Assembly (NCBI GenBank): GCA_030430495.1
Contig: JAUIKM010000017.1
Span: 8,121-72,120 of the forward strand
Length of the DNA stretch: 64,000 bases
Reading direction: 5' to 3'
From: a bacterium
GTDB lineage: Bacteria; Bacteroidota; Ignavibacteria; Kapaibacteriales; UBA7675
Shown: positions 18,653 to 30,400 of the stretch, one piece after another
Position numbering within the stretch: position 1 is the first letter of the stretch
Layout of the letters: the number at the start of each line of letters is the position of its first letter
Position numbers and translations under genes: made by a program
The notes under the pieces: model-generated
What the model was told of the DNA's origin: nothing
Databases searched by the model: none
What the model saw: only the letters and a program-made list of their open reading frames with translations

Positions 18653-20647
18653 TTACTCGTCGTCGTTAAACTCAAGCGTGTACTCGTCGTACAGCTCCTG
18701 ATCCAGCGCCTCGATGAATCGCGATGGACGTCCAAGCACCATGCCCGTCTCGCGGTCGTAAATATTCATCGGATAACTCATAAACAGGTGATCGGCGGCG
18801 CGGGTGCAGGCCACGTAAAACAGGCGGCGCTCTTCCTCCAGGTCTTCCGTGCTCTTGAACGAGCGCACGGGCGGGAACCGTCCGTCGAGCACCCAGATCA
18901 CAAATACCACGCGCCACTCCAGGCCCTTGGCCGAGTGAATTGTCGAGAGCGTCAGAAGCGATTCATCTTCGTCGTTGGTGGCCGAGACATCTTCGAGCGA
19001 TTCGACCGGCGCTTCCAGCGCCATATCCGCCAGCAATTCATCCAGATCCGCATAACGCTCGGCAATTGTCTGGAACATCTCAATATCGCGCGAGCGCTTC
19101 TGGTGGTCGTCGTACTTGCGTTTAAGCGTCGGCCAGTAAAAATCGACGACGGTCGCCACGCACTCATCGACGCCGACGCGTTTTCGATTGAGTTTGTTTA
19201 ACATGCCGAACAGTTCTTCGACGCTTGTGTTATTGCCGGCGAGCGCCTTAAAGCGCTGCACATCGGACCAGGTGGCGCTTTCTTCGGTCACGGCGTCCAC
19301 AATGGCGCCGGCGCGGCGCGGGCCGATGCCTTCGAGCAGCAGCAGGATGCGGTTCCAGCTGACGGCGTCGCGCGGATTGACCAGCACGCGCAGGTGCGCA
19401 ATCACATCCTTAATGTGCGCCGTTTCGAAAAACTTGAACCCGCCGAATTTCTGGAACGGCACATTCGCCTTGTTTAAGTACAGCTCCACGTCGGACGAAT
19501 GATGCGATGAGCGAAACAGCACCGCCATGTCGCTCAGTTCGACGCCTTCCTCGCGCATTTCCAGCACCTGCGACACGACAAACTCGGCCTGTTGTTCCTC
19601 GTTGTCGGCTTTAATCAGGTAGGGTTTGTCTTCCGCTTGTCGATGTGTGTACAATTCCTTGTCGAACTTTTGCACGGCCGCATTCATGACGGCATTGCTC
19701 AGATCGAGAATCGGCTGCGTGCTGCGGTAATTTTCTTCGAGTTTAATGATCGTACATTCTTTGTTAAAAGCCTGCGGAAACTTCATGATGTTCGCAAAGT
19801 TCGCACCGCGGAAAGAATAAATGCTCTGCGCGTCATCGCCCACCGCCATGACGTTTTCCTGCTGCCCGGCCAGGAAAACCACTATTTCATGCTGCGGTAT
19901 ATTCGTGTCCTGATATTCATCCACCAGCACGTGTTTGTACTGACGCTGCACCTGCTCACGCACGGCGGGCACCTCCTGTAAAATCTTGTGCAGATAAAAC
20001 AGCAGGTCGTCGTAGTCCATCAGGTTATGGTTGACTTTGTAGCGCGCATATGCTTCGGCCAGATACTCGATTTCCGTCGTATCTTCCACAAACTGCGGGT
20101 AGTCGTTGTGAATAATGTCTTCGATGCTCGACGCGCGGTTCATCGCGGCCGATATGATGTTGTGAATTGTCTGTTTGCGCGCAAAACGCTTTTTGCGCGA
20201 GCCGACCACCTGCGCCCGCAGCAGGTTGACCACATCCTGTGCGTCGCCCTGGTCCAGCACGGAAAAACTGGAATCGAATTTGATGTGTTTGGCGTGTCGG
20301 CGCAGCACCTGATTGGCAAAAGAGTGAAATGTCCCGCCGGCGACGTGTTCGCAGCGGCCGTCCAGCAGCATGGTGGCGCGCCGCAGCATTTCACCCGCGG
20401 CTTTGCGCGTAAAGGTTAACAAAAGAATGGCCCGCGGGTCAACGCCGTCTTCAACGAGCCGCGCCACGCGGTAAATGAGCGTCCGGGTTTTACCCGTTCC
20501 CGCTCCTGCGATGATAAGCGCGGGACCGCCTGCGTGCATAACGGCCTGGTGCTGCGCCGCGTTTAATTCATCCGCATAGCGAATTGTGTAGTGCTGCCCG
20601 GGCCCCCGTTTGCGCGATGTGACTTTTTTCAGACTTAACTTTTTCAT
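18653..20647 (-). CDS. UvrD/PcrA-family ATP-dependent DNA helicase
   Basis: IAGAGTGKT, TFTRKAA, LVDEYQDTN, VGDDAQSIYSFRGA, LEENYRS, STIHSAKGLEW and EERRLFYVACTRA motifs. Confidence 0.95.
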   Translation of the reverse strand: MKKLSLKKVTSRKRGPGQHYTIRYADELNAAQHQAVMHAGGPALIIAGAGTGKTRTLIYRVARLVEDGVDPRAILLLTFTRKAAGEMLRRATMLLDGRCEHVAGGTFHSFANQVLRRHAKHIKFDSSFSVLDQGDAQDVVNLLRAQVVGSRKKRFARKQTIHNIISAAMNRASSIEDIIHNDYPQFVEDTTEIEYLAEAYARYKVNHNLMDYDDLLFYLHKILQEVPAVREQVQRQYKHVLVDEYQDTNIPQHEIVVFLAGQQENVMAVGDDAQSIYSFRGANFANIMKFPQAFNKECTIIKLEENYRSTQPILDLSNAVMNAAVQKFDKELYTHRQAEDKPYLIKADNEEQQAEFVVSQVLEMREEGVELSDMAVLFRSSHHSSDVELYLNKANVPFQKFGGFKFFETAHIKDVIAHLRVLVNPRDAVSWNRILLLLEGIGPRRAGAIVDAVTEESATWSDVQRFKALAGNNTSVEELFGMLNKLNRKRVGVDECVATVVDFYWPTLKRKYDDHQKRSRDIEMFQTIAERYADLDELLADMALEAPVESLEDVSATNDEDESLLTLSTIHSAKGLEWRVVFVIWVLDGRFPPVRSFKSTEDLEEERRLFYVACTRAADHLFMSYPMNIYDRETGMVLGRPSRFIEALDQELYDEYTLEFNDDE

Positions 20648-20674
20648 GGCGGCCCTGTACAGTTGCTGATCGCA

Positions 20675-21874
20675 TTAAACCAGGTCGATGTCTTTGGTGA
20701 TGGTTCCCTTGCGCACCGCCTGCCCGATAATAAATGTCAAACCCAACAGCAGACTGACAATTCCGCCGAAGGCGGTCATCAGGGCGACGCGCGGCGAGGT
20801 TTTCTTTTCCGGCGCTATGGCATCGTCCAGCACCTGTACCGTCGACACATCGCGCTCTTCCTGAATCGCTTCCTGCGCGCGTTGTGTTTCGAGGAATGCC
20901 TGAATTTTTTCGCGCACTTTTATTTCGCGTTCAAAGTCAAAGTAGGTGCGCGACAGCGAGGGGATGTCGTCCAGCGCTATCGAGAAAGCGTCGTCGTCCA
21001 CCAGCCCACCGGATTGAATGCGTCTGTACTGTTCCTTCAGCGTGTTTAACTGCTGCTCCAACTCACGCACCCTGGGCGTAGCGGCATCCAGCTGTTGGCG
21101 CGCCACTTCCAGCTCCAGCTGCGTCTCGGCAATCATTGTCCCGATGGCGACGGCGTTTTGTACAATCGCCGTGGCTTGTTCATCCAGCGCGAGAATTTTG
21201 TTGTCGCGGCGGAACACTTCCAGCTCGGCCTGAATTGAATCCAGTTCGGCGCGCGTCTGGCTCATGTAGCGTTCGATATAGCGCCGCGTGTTGCGTGCAG
21301 AGGAGACATTTTTGGCATGGTTAAGGCTGTCGAGAACTTCAATGGCTGAATTAACCAGGCAGGCGGCCATTTCGGCTGTTCGGCGCTGTTCCGTGCTGTC
21401 CGGAAACCAGGGCGTCTCAAGCGCACTCATGACGACAATCAGACCGGTATTGTTGATGTCGTACACGTAGGCCGCGCGCAGCGCCTCAACCAGCTGTTGT
21501 CCGCTGATGGTCGCGAACTCATGAAACTCGCGCACATTGCAGCGCGACGCAACGGCTTCACACAGTGTGCGGCTCTTGAGGATGTCGACGAAACGACGTG
21601 AGCGCTCACCGCCGCCGCCCAGTTCGCCGAGATCCAGCCCGATGGAGCTACTGCTGAGAATTGAGGACAGGCCGCCCTTACTCTCCTGCTCCGGCGGCAT
21701 CACCGTCGCCCAGGTGGAGTATGTCTCGGGCATGATCCTGGCGTACACAAAGGCGCCTACCGTTCCGACAAGAAGGATAATCAGCAGGGGCAGGCGTTTC
21801 AGCCATGCGGCGTGCCAGATATTCGAAAGCGTCAGCAGGTCAAGGTTTGAGCTCGAGTTGCCAGAATTGCTCAT
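20675..21874 (-). CDS. Wzz/GumC-like polysaccharide co-polymerase (no kinase domain)
   Basis: Two terminal TMs, YSTWATVMPP, ILKSRT, coiled coil, VQVLDDAIAPEKKTSPR. Confidence 0.85.
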   Translation of the reverse strand: MSNSGNSSSNLDLLTLSNIWHAAWLKRLPLLIILLVGTVGAFVYARIMPETYSTWATVMPPEQESKGGLSSILSSSSIGLDLGELGGGGERSRRFVDILKSRTLCEAVASRCNVREFHEFATISGQQLVEALRAAYVYDINNTGLIVVMSALETPWFPDSTEQRRTAEMAACLVNSAIEVLDSLNHAKNVSSARNTRRYIERYMSQTRAELDSIQAELEVFRRDNKILALDEQATAIVQNAVAIGTMIAETQLELEVARQQLDAATPRVRELEQQLNTLKEQYRRIQSGGLVDDDAFSIALDDIPSLSRTYFDFEREIKVREKIQAFLETQRAQEAIQEERDVSTVQVLDDAIAPEKKTSPRVALMTAFGGIVSLLLGLTFIIGQAVRKGTITKDIDLV

Positions 21875-21952
21875 AGAACGCAGTGTTCCGGAAAATGTGT
21901 AAAATTCGATTCCGTTCGGCGGCGGCCTTCAACGCTGCAACACCGAAAATAC

Positions 21953-23644
21953 TCAGCGGGCAATTGATACGACAACAGCGGCAATGGTAAACAGCTGCGT
22001 GGCAATTGTCAGTGCATCGGAGAAGACATCGATAAACTCGGTCTCCGGCTCCTCCGGCACCAGTATTCTGTCTCCGGGTTCAAGCTTGTAGTTGAAGTCG
22101 TCCGCCAGGAACTGCTCGCCCTTGGACTTGATCACGAGCGTGCCGCCCTCGTCGGCGCGGTAACCATAGCCGCCCGCCAGGACGATGTAGTCGCTGTAAG
22201 TCAGGTTGGGCTGATAGACGACACGGCCGGGGCTGTTGACGCGACCAAGAATGTTGATGTAGTCCTTGCGCGCCGGCACGTAAATCGAATCCTGGTCCTG
22301 CAGGATTATGTTGTTTTCGTCCTGGTCCTCGCTGTACAGCAGTTCAAAGTCGACGGCCATCAGACCTTCTTCTTCGCGCGCCCGGGCGCGGTAATACTTC
22401 AATTCGTCATCGCTCATTTCCGATGGATCCAGTTTGGACAGGCGCACAAACTCTTTGTCGATCTCGCCGAAGTCGGAACGGCGCACCACCACCGCGCCTT
22501 CCAGCAGGGCGTTGTTCGTGAATCCGCCCGTGCGATTTATCAGCTCGCGCAGATGCACCGCATTGCGCGAGATCGGGTAGCGACCGGGGTAACGCACCTC
22601 CCCTTCCACCACGACAGTTTCCGTCGACAGCCAGTTGGGTTTGGCGCGCACGTTGATGCGGTCGCCGGCTTCCAGCGGAATGTCGTTGGGTAAATCCATA
22701 TCGACAATCAGGTTGCTTTCCCAGTTGTTAAGGTCGAGGAAAACCCGATCGATCTGCCCGTCATTGCCGGTGATGCGCCCCAATTCAACCGAGTCGAGAA
22801 AGGCCGAAGGCGCAAGACCGCCGGCAAATCGCAGCATAGTCGACAGTTTGTCGCCTTCAATAAACTCGTAGCGCCCCGGATAGGGCACCGATCCGCGCAC
22901 ATCGACAATCTTGCGATCAAATGCCACCGGAACAAAAACGCGGTCGCCGCCCTGCAGCGTCGGATTGTTTTCCTGGTCGGCAAATCGATAAAAGGACTGC
23001 AAATCAACATCCAGGTTAATACTGGCGGTGTCGTCCAGATAGCGCAGCACCTTAATGCGTCGGAGCGAAGAGTTGAATCGCAGACCGCCCGCGCGCTCGA
23101 TAACTTCCGAAACGCGGTCCGCCGCCGTGGCTTCCACCGTCGAGGGCTTGCGAACCTGACCAAGCACGACAACTTTGAAGGTGCGCAGCTTGGACAGAAT
23201 CACCGCGACCTCGGCCGAGCGATAGATTTTTTTGGTCGCCATCACAATGAGTGAATCGGCTTCGTGCAGACTGCGATAACGCACGTCCACGATTCCCACG
23301 CCCGGAATCAGCACTTTGCCCTCGGGCGAAACGCGCATGGAATGCTCCAGCGGTTTGCTGGTCATGATCGAAACTGTCAGAACGTCGTTTGGACCCAGGA
23401 TGTAAGTTCGCGGGTCGATTTCGCGTTCGAGCAGGCCGGCGGAACCCTTGGCGAGTTCCTGGCCGATTTTGTAGGCGACGGTATCGTATTCGCCGGGAGA
23501 ACGGAAGTCGCGCTTCGGCAGGCGAATGTTGTCGTTCTCGTACTCCGTTTCCTGGGCGCTCGATGGCAAACAAAAGAGAAAAACAGCAAACGCCGCAAAC
23601 AGGAAGGGAGCCATGCCCCGCACCGGCAGACTGATTGGTATCAT
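21953..23644 (-). CDS. Polysaccharide export protein with multiple SLBB domains (Wza/KpsD-like)
   Basis: Signal peptide; YILGPNDVL and VSPEGKVLIPGVG; repeated GQVRKP/GSVPYPG/GEVRYPG/GRVNSPG SLBB units; GD(R)V/I..VP ends. Confidence 0.88.
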   Translation of the reverse strand: MIPISLPVRGMAPFLFAAFAVFLFCLPSSAQETEYENDNIRLPKRDFRSPGEYDTVAYKIGQELAKGSAGLLEREIDPRTYILGPNDVLTVSIMTSKPLEHSMRVSPEGKVLIPGVGIVDVRYRSLHEADSLIVMATKKIYRSAEVAVILSKLRTFKVVVLGQVRKPSTVEATAADRVSEVIERAGGLRFNSSLRRIKVLRYLDDTASINLDVDLQSFYRFADQENNPTLQGGDRVFVPVAFDRKIVDVRGSVPYPGRYEFIEGDKLSTMLRFAGGLAPSAFLDSVELGRITGNDGQIDRVFLDLNNWESNLIVDMDLPNDIPLEAGDRINVRAKPNWLSTETVVVEGEVRYPGRYPISRNAVHLRELINRTGGFTNNALLEGAVVVRRSDFGEIDKEFVRLSKLDPSEMSDDELKYYRARAREEEGLMAVDFELLYSEDQDENNIILQDQDSIYVPARKDYINILGRVNSPGRVVYQPNLTYSDYIVLAGGYGYRADEGGTLVIKSKGEQFLADDFNYKLEPGDRILVPEEPETEFIDVFSDALTIATQLFTIAAVVVSIAR

Positions 23645-23802
23645 ACGTTCCGATTACACGTGAATAAAGAAAGCTGGAAGGTTGCCCGGCATCGTCCGGC
23701 GAAGAAGCGCGACGCGCACGGGACCGTGCGGCTGACGAACTTTTCGCAAATTGCGAATGCAGGGATTCGCATGACTACAGCACACAAATTATTTATTTCC
23801 CT

Positions 23803-24627
23803 ATGATTGACCAAGATAAGGACGCTGAAGCAGAGCTGCAGCGCTTACTCGATTTTGCCTGTACACAGGCGCGGCGCGCGGGCGAACTATTGCGCGAGGG
23901 ATTTGGAACGGCCTTCGACATCGACATCAAACCGGGCGCAGGCCGCCACAATCTCGTAACCGAGTACGATCAGGCGGCCGAAAAACTGATTGTCGATGCA
24001 CTGCGTGAAGAATTTCCGGAGCACGCAGTATTGGCCGAAGAAGGCGGAGAGATGCTTGCCGACGATCCGGAGGCCGTGCGCTGGATCATTGATCCGCTGG
24101 ACGGCACCGTCAACTTTGCACATGGTATTCCGCTGTTTTCCGTCAGCATCGCCGCGCAGAAAAAGGGCGAGATTCTGTGCGGCGCAGTGTATCAACCGAT
24201 GCTGGACGAACTGTTTCATGCCGCCAAAGGTACAGGCGCATTCCTGAATGGAAAAGGCATTAAAGTGTCCGGGGCCGCAAATTTACCCGACGCACTGCTG
24301 GTAACCGGCTTTCCGTACAACGTTCACGAGAATCCCGGCGGGACGCTGGAACACTTCACTGCCGTGCTGCGCCAGGGCATTCCGCTGCGCCGCCTGGGCT
24401 CTGCCGCACTCGACCTTTGTTACGTCGCCGCCGGGCGGTTTGACGGCTTTTTTGAAATCGAACTACAGCCCTGGGACGTCGCCGCAGGTTACCTGATAGC
24501 GCGCGAAGCCGGCGCGACAACCACGAATTACGCGGGCGCCGGGTACCGTGTGGAACGCGGCCCGATTGTGGCAACGAACGGTCACATTCACGCGGCGCTG
24601 CTGGACCTGCTGCAACAGGCGGGCTGA
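23803..24627 (+). CDS. suhB: Inositol monophosphatase family protein
   Basis: LVTEYD, AEEG, WIIDPLDGTVNFAHG, RRLGSAALDLCYVAAGRFDG and WDVAAG motifs. Confidence 0.92.
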   Translation: MIDQDKDAEAELQRLLDFACTQARRAGELLREGFGTAFDIDIKPGAGRHNLVTEYDQAAEKLIVDALREEFPEHAVLAEEGGEMLADDPEAVRWIIDPLDGTVNFAHGIPLFSVSIAAQKKGEILCGAVYQPMLDELFHAAKGTGAFLNGKGIKVSGAANLPDALLVTGFPYNVHENPGGTLEHFTAVLRQGIPLRRLGSAALDLCYVAAGRFDGFFEIELQPWDVAAGYLIAREAGATTTNYAGAGYRVERGPIVATNGHIHAALLDLLQQAG

Positions 24628-24824
24628 GCCGGAACGGCTGTTTCTCCCTGATCTGTTCCTGCCGAACGGTCTGAATCGGCTCCGAGCCGCCGGAATTTTA
24701 GAAAGTGCGTTATGATCCGTATTTTCTACGCTTTGCTTGCAAACGCCCGGCCGCACGGTACATCCAACATACATCGGGCCGGCCGCTCTCTTCTGAAACG
24801 CACTCACAAATACGTTCCAACTCC

Positions 24825-26372
24825 ATGAAACTGATCTACTGTCTGGCATTCCTGTTCCTGTCCGCAACGACAATGCTGACCGCACAGGACGCCGATCCGG
24901 CGACGGCAACAACGACCGAAGTTACCATTGATCAACGAATCGACGAAGCGTTGGCCCCATATGCCCGCTTTGTCGAGGACAAAATCTTTTTCAAAGTGCC
25001 GATCGGCGGCGGGCACGAAATTCCATTTGTGCTGATCTGGCTGATAGCCGGCGCCGTTTTTTTCACGATTCGCATGGGATTCATCAACCTTCGGGGATTC
25101 GGCCTGGCCATTCAGGTCGTCCGCGGCGTCTTTACCAATCCCAAGGATAAAGGCGAGGTTTCGCACTTTCAGGCGCTGGCGACGGCGCTCTCGGCCACGG
25201 TCGGCCTCGGCAACATCGGCGGAGTGGCGATTGCCATTGCCGTTGGCGGCCCCGGCGCGACCTTCTGGATGATCGTGGCAGGTCTGCTGGGCATGTCCTC
25301 CAAATTCGTCGAATGTACACTCGGTGTAAAATACCGCGAGGTGGACGAGCACGGCGTGGTTTCCGGCGGCCCGATGTACTACCTCTCCCGCGGCCTGGCC
25401 AAACACGGCAAAGTCGTCGGCGGAGTCGGCGCGGTGCTGGCTTTTATCTTCTCCTTTGCCTGCGTGATGGGTTCCTTCGGCGGCGGCAATATGTTTCAGG
25501 TCAACCAGGCCTACGCCCAGTTCAGCAACATGTCGACCAACCTGGTTGGCTGGACGATCGACGGATGGATCTTCGGTGTCATCATGGCCGGCGCAGTAGC
25601 GATCGTAATTCTCGGCGGCATTCGCAGCATCGCCAAAGCGACGGAAAAAATTGTGCCCTTCATGTGCGGCGTTTACGTCCTGGCGGCGCTCGTGATCATC
25701 GGCATGCACATTCCCGACATCCCGGGCGTCTTCGGCCAGATTTTCAGCGGCGCTTTTACGGGCGAAGGCATAGCGGGCGGTTTCATGGGCGTGCTGATCC
25801 AGGGATTCCGGCGGGCGGCATTCTCGAACGAGGCCGGTATAGGTTCCGCCTCGATTGCACACTCAGCGGTCAAAACTGAAGAACCGGTCAGCGAAGGTAT
25901 CGTGGCCCTGCTCGAACCGTTTATCGACACGGTCGTTGTCTGCACAATGACGGCGCTGGTGATTATTATCACGAACAATCACCTGGATTCAACGGCGGCC
26001 GACGGTGTGTTACTGACATCGCGCGCCTTTGATTCGGTGATCGGCGGCTTTGACATAGTGCTGTCAGTTGCTGTTATCCTGTTCGCCTTTTCCACCATGA
26101 TTTCATGGTCGTATTACGGTTTGAAGGCCTGGACCTTTATGTTCGGCGCGGGACGCGTTGCCGACCTGAGCTACAAACTGCTTTTCCTGACTTTTGTAGT
26201 TCTGGGTGCGGCGATGAGTCTGGGCGAAGTCATCCGCATTTCAGACTCGATGATCTTTCTGATGGCATTCCCGAACATTCTCGGGCTGTTGTTCCTCTCG
26301 GGCGAAATACGAAAGGACCTCCGATCGTATATATCGCGGATTCGCAGCGGCGAGATTCCGCGCTTCAAATAA
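24825..26372 (+). CDS. Sodium:alanine/glycine symporter (AGCS family)
   Basis: [51 protein letters not shown] and [10 protein letters not shown] motifs; start taken at ATG 24825. Confidence 0.95.
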   Translation: MKLIYCLAFLFLSATTMLTAQDADPATATTTEVTIDQRIDEALAPYARFVEDKIFFKVPIGGGHEIPFVLIWLIAGAVFFTIRMGFINLRGFGLAIQVVRGVFTNPKDKGEVSHFQALATALSATVGLGNIGGVAIAIAVGGPGATFWMIVAGLLGMSSKFVECTLGVKYREVDEHGVVSGGPMYYLSRGLAKHGKVVGGVGAVLAFIFSFACVMGSFGGGNMFQVNQAYAQFSNMSTNLVGWTIDGWIFGVIMAGAVAIVILGGIRSIAKATEKIVPFMCGVYVLAALVIIGMHIPDIPGVFGQIFSGAFTGEGIAGGFMGVLIQGFRRAAFSNEAGIGSASIAHSAVKTEEPVSEGIVALLEPFIDTVVVCTMTALVIIITNNHLDSTAADGVLLTSRAFDSVIGGFDIVLSVAVILFAFSTMISWSYYGLKAWTFMFGAGRVADLSYKLLFLTFVVLGAAMSLGEVIRISDSMIFLMAFPNILGLLFLSGEIRKDLRSYISRIRSGEIPRFK

Positions 26373-26438
26373 ACGTCCCGGGCGTCGATTGCAAGATCGG
26401 CGCCCGCGCTTTTTTCTCCCGTTCCACACGGCTCAACA

Positions 26439-27320
26439 ATGAAGATTTCCACTCGCATCATGTCGGGTGCAGGCAACATGTTCACGGTCATCGACCGGCG
26501 TGAACACGCACTGACAAACGAACAGGCCGCGCGCCTGACGCCGCTCCTGTGCGCACCCGGCGAACACGCCCCCGATGGAACGGAGGGACTGATTCTGCTG
26601 GACGTCGGCACCGGCGGGCTGGACTTCCACATGGAGTTCTTCAACCCGGACGGCTCCCATGGCGCGATGTGCGGCAACGGCGGCCGCTGCGCCCTGCGCT
26701 TTGCCGCGGAAGTCGGAATCGTTGACGCGCGTGAAGGCGAGCGCTACCGCTTTGATGTTCTGGGCCAGACCTATGCGGCCGAACTGCGCGGGACAAACGT
26801 GCGTCTGTTTTTGCCGCCGCCCATTGAGGTGGATTTTGATCGCCAACTTGTCGTTGACGGGCATGCGCTGCCCTGCGCCTACATCAACGTCGACTCGGAT
26901 CACATCGTGATGGACTATGCGCAGGTGCGATCGGTCTTCGGCGCGTCGCTGCGCAGCTTCGACCTGCAAAACTGGGGGCGGAAAGTGCGCTATCACGCAG
27001 ACCTGGCTCCGCGCGGCGCCAACCTCGACGTCTACGAACTCCGTCCCGACGGCAATATCGATCTGCGCACCTACGAACGCGGGGTCGAAGCTGAAACCGG
27101 CGCATGCGGAACGGGTGCAGTTGCGACCGCGCTGACGGCAATTGAAACACGAGGGCTGTCCGCACCACTCAATATCATCCCGCCCAGCGGGGAAATGGTC
27201 AGCGTCGATTTCACTCCCACACCTGAATCGATTGAATTTTGTATCCTCGAAGGCCCTGCGCGGATTATAGCTGTGCGCATCGTGGAATTCGAACCCGACG
27301 CACATTTTCCCGACCAATAG
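26439..27320 (+). CDS. dapF: Diaminopimelate epimerase
   Basis: MSGAGN, FFNPDGS, MCGNGGRC and RTYERGVEAETGACGTGA catalytic motifs. Confidence 0.95.
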   Translation: MKISTRIMSGAGNMFTVIDRREHALTNEQAARLTPLLCAPGEHAPDGTEGLILLDVGTGGLDFHMEFFNPDGSHGAMCGNGGRCALRFAAEVGIVDAREGERYRFDVLGQTYAAELRGTNVRLFLPPPIEVDFDRQLVVDGHALPCAYINVDSDHIVMDYAQVRSVFGASLRSFDLQNWGRKVRYHADLAPRGANLDVYELRPDGNIDLRTYERGVEAETGACGTGAVATALTAIETRGLSAPLNIIPPSGEMVSVDFTPTPESIEFCILEGPARIIAVRIVEFEPDAHFPDQ

Positions 27321-27450
27321 CCGCACCGGCGGAACGTCTGAACCCGCGTCTGTATTCCACGGCCGGGTCCCGGTGTGCGGCCGGCGCGGACACCGAATAA
27401 AACGACAGGGGCTGCGAGACACACAGCCCGCTTGTGTTTTATGTGATTGT

Positions 27451-30400
27451 ATGTTTATTCAGGCAGCCCGGATATTGAGAACGTCAGACACATACCATCA
27501 CGGACCGTTGGTTGCGCGGGCACTGCTCCTGTGCGGCCTGATTCTCCTGTTCGCCATTGCGAATATGCGCGCTCAGGATGAACGCGACTACCTTGGCCGC
27601 GAGTTTTTCCTATGTTTTCCACCGAATATTCACAAAGCGGGCGGACAGTCGCCTCCCGACGACAGCCTCTACATTTACATCAGCTCCGACAGGCCGACGA
27701 CCGGACGGATTGAGTTCAGCGACCGCGAGGGCAATCGATCCGAGCGGCGCTTTAGCATCGAAGATCCCAATCTGGCGCATGTGGAGAGTTTTGCATACAG
27801 CGACTATGAACTGCAGGGCTACAACCTCAACGGCCTGCTCGACAATCCCGACTCACAGAACGAAACGGTTTCGCGCCAGGTTTTTTACGTGGTGGCCGAC
27901 CGCGACATCAGCGTGTACGGTCTCAACCACGCCGGCGCCTCCAGTGATGGTTTTATGGCCTTGCCGGCCGATGTGCTGGACGGATACTATGTGATTCCGG
28001 CCTTTCCGTCGGACACGCGCATTCTCGACAATCGCCCGGCGCCTTCGAGCACGCCCTCGCAGTTTGCCGTCGTTGCGTTGAATGACAACACGGATATTCT
28101 GATCCAAACGAACGCTCCCGTCCCGGTGGCAAACAAAGAGCCAATCCAGATCACGCTGCAGCGCGGCCAATGTTATCTGGTGCAGTCGCGCATTTCCGTC
28201 AGCGAACCGTCGAACGACCTGACGGGCAGCGTTGTGATCAGCGACAAACCCCTGGCCGTATTTGCCGGACACCAGCGCAGCCAGGTGCCGGGCGGAGATA
28301 CTCGGAACGCCGCGACGCAGGATCATATTATTCAGCAGGTAGCCCCCGTTTCGACCTGGGGCAAACAGTTCAGCTTGGCGCCACTGATCGTGACGGGCGA
28401 CGATGACGGCGTCGGCAATGACATTGTCCAGATAGTGGCGGCGCAGGCCCAGACGCGCATTTACATTAACGGCGCGGAAAAAGCTCTGCTGGATGCGGGG
28501 CAGAGCCTGCTGGAACCGATCAGCGGGCCGCTTTTCATCAGTTCGGACGAGCCGATTCACGTGACGCATCTGCGCCACTCTTCTTCGCTGACAGGCGCCG
28601 GTACGCCGCGATTGGGCGATCCCTTTGCCCTGTCGATCACGCCGAAGGAACAGTGGCTGGACAAATACACCTTTTCGACGGCACAGGCATTTTCCAACCT
28701 GAACCGCGAAGACCGCCTGGTATTTGAGTACCAATATCTGATGATCACGCTGCCGACCGGCACGCCGATCGATCTTGCGCTGGACGGCGTGGCCGTCAGC
28801 GACGAAAACTTCACGGTAGCGCCGTTCGGCGACTTTCTCTACGCGAATATTCCGGTGACGACGGGACGGCACGTGCTGCAATCGACCGTTCCATTCGGTG
28901 CGCATGTTTACGGTTTCGGCGAGGCGGACTCATACGCCTTCCCTGCCGGCGCGGCACACACGCCGATCAATCTGGAGTGCAGCGCCGACGCCGGACCGGA
29001 CATAACGGTCTGCCGCGGCGACACGGTAATGTTGAATGCCGTCAGTATCGGTTTTGACGAGCCGACCTTCCGCTGGTCCCCGGCGGAAGACCTGATCAGT
29101 TCGCCTTTTGCCAAACAGCTGCGGCTGCGGGCGATGCGAACCACCTGGTACAAACTGCTGGTACGCGACGAACGCGGCTGCCGCGCAGAAGACTCCGTGC
29201 TGGTCACCGTGACGGAGAAACCGCAAATCAACGCCGGGTCGGATCACGTGATCTGTCCCGGCGAGAGTGTGCAACTGGGATTTGAGGACCCGGGCGTACC
29301 GATCACCCGCGTGCGCTGGACGCCGGCGGACAAGGTCGATGATCCCGCCTCTCCCGCGCCGATCGCAACACCCGGTCAGGCGACCGGATTTATCGTCGAA
29401 GTCGAAACCGCATCCGGCTGCGTCGTTTTTGACACCGTGGTCGTCAACGTGCGCGAACGCCCCGTGGTCGACGCCGGTCCCGACGTCGACATATGCGAGG
29501 GCAGCAGCGCCGAACTGACGGCTACCGGCGGCGTCAGCTATGAGTGGCGTCCCGCGGACGGCCTCAACCGAACCAACATCTTCAATCCCATTGCCAAACC
29601 AGAAAAATCCACCAAGTATTTTGTCAGGGTAACGGACGCTTTCGGCTGCGTCAATGAGGATTCGGTCACGGTCTTTGTGAGCGAATGCCGGCCCTGCGAG
29701 TCGATTTCCGGCATCATCAACGAATATGCTTCGGTTGTGGCGCTGGATTATCCCACGCGGCGCGTGCGCGTCGTCGACGGTTCGGTGTTTGCACCGGGCG
29801 ATCTGGCGATGATCGTGCAGATGCAGGGTGCGGAGATCAACGTTGAGCAGGCGGAAAGCTACGGCCGGATTGAAAATCCGATGTCGGCCGGCGCATACGA
29901 ACTGGTGCGCATAGACAGCATTAGCCTGAACTTGCTCAGCCTCAATCGACCGATTCACAATCAATACGATCCCGCCGGCAAGGTGCAGGTGGTGAAAATC
30001 CCCGAATACGACCACGTTACGGTGGTGGACCGCGTGTTCGCGCGCCCCTGGGACGGCAATGTGGGCGGTGTGGTGGCCATGGCGGCCAACTGCCTGATTG
30101 TGGAAGACACTATTTCTGTGGATACGAGCGGCTTCCGCGGCGGGCGTTATGAAGTGCAATCAGGTTGCCGCTTTGAACCCAATACAACCGCCTGGGTGTC
30201 GGATCAGCTTTGTCGCTTTTCCTATCGCGGCGAAGGCACGGCGAGCTACGGAGTCCCGCCGAATGTCTACGGTCGCGGCGCACCGGCCAACGGCGGCGGC
30301 GGCGGCAACAACCACAATGCGGGCGGCGGCGGCGGCGGCAACGGCGGAGCGGGCGGCAAGGGCGGCAACGGCTTCCGCAACTTCGCCAACTGGGATCAGG

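Noticed and set aside
24628..24824. Possible glycine riboswitch upstream of the alanine/glycine symporter
   Set aside because: The conserved GGAGA...CCGAAG...CTCTCAGG elements were not found.
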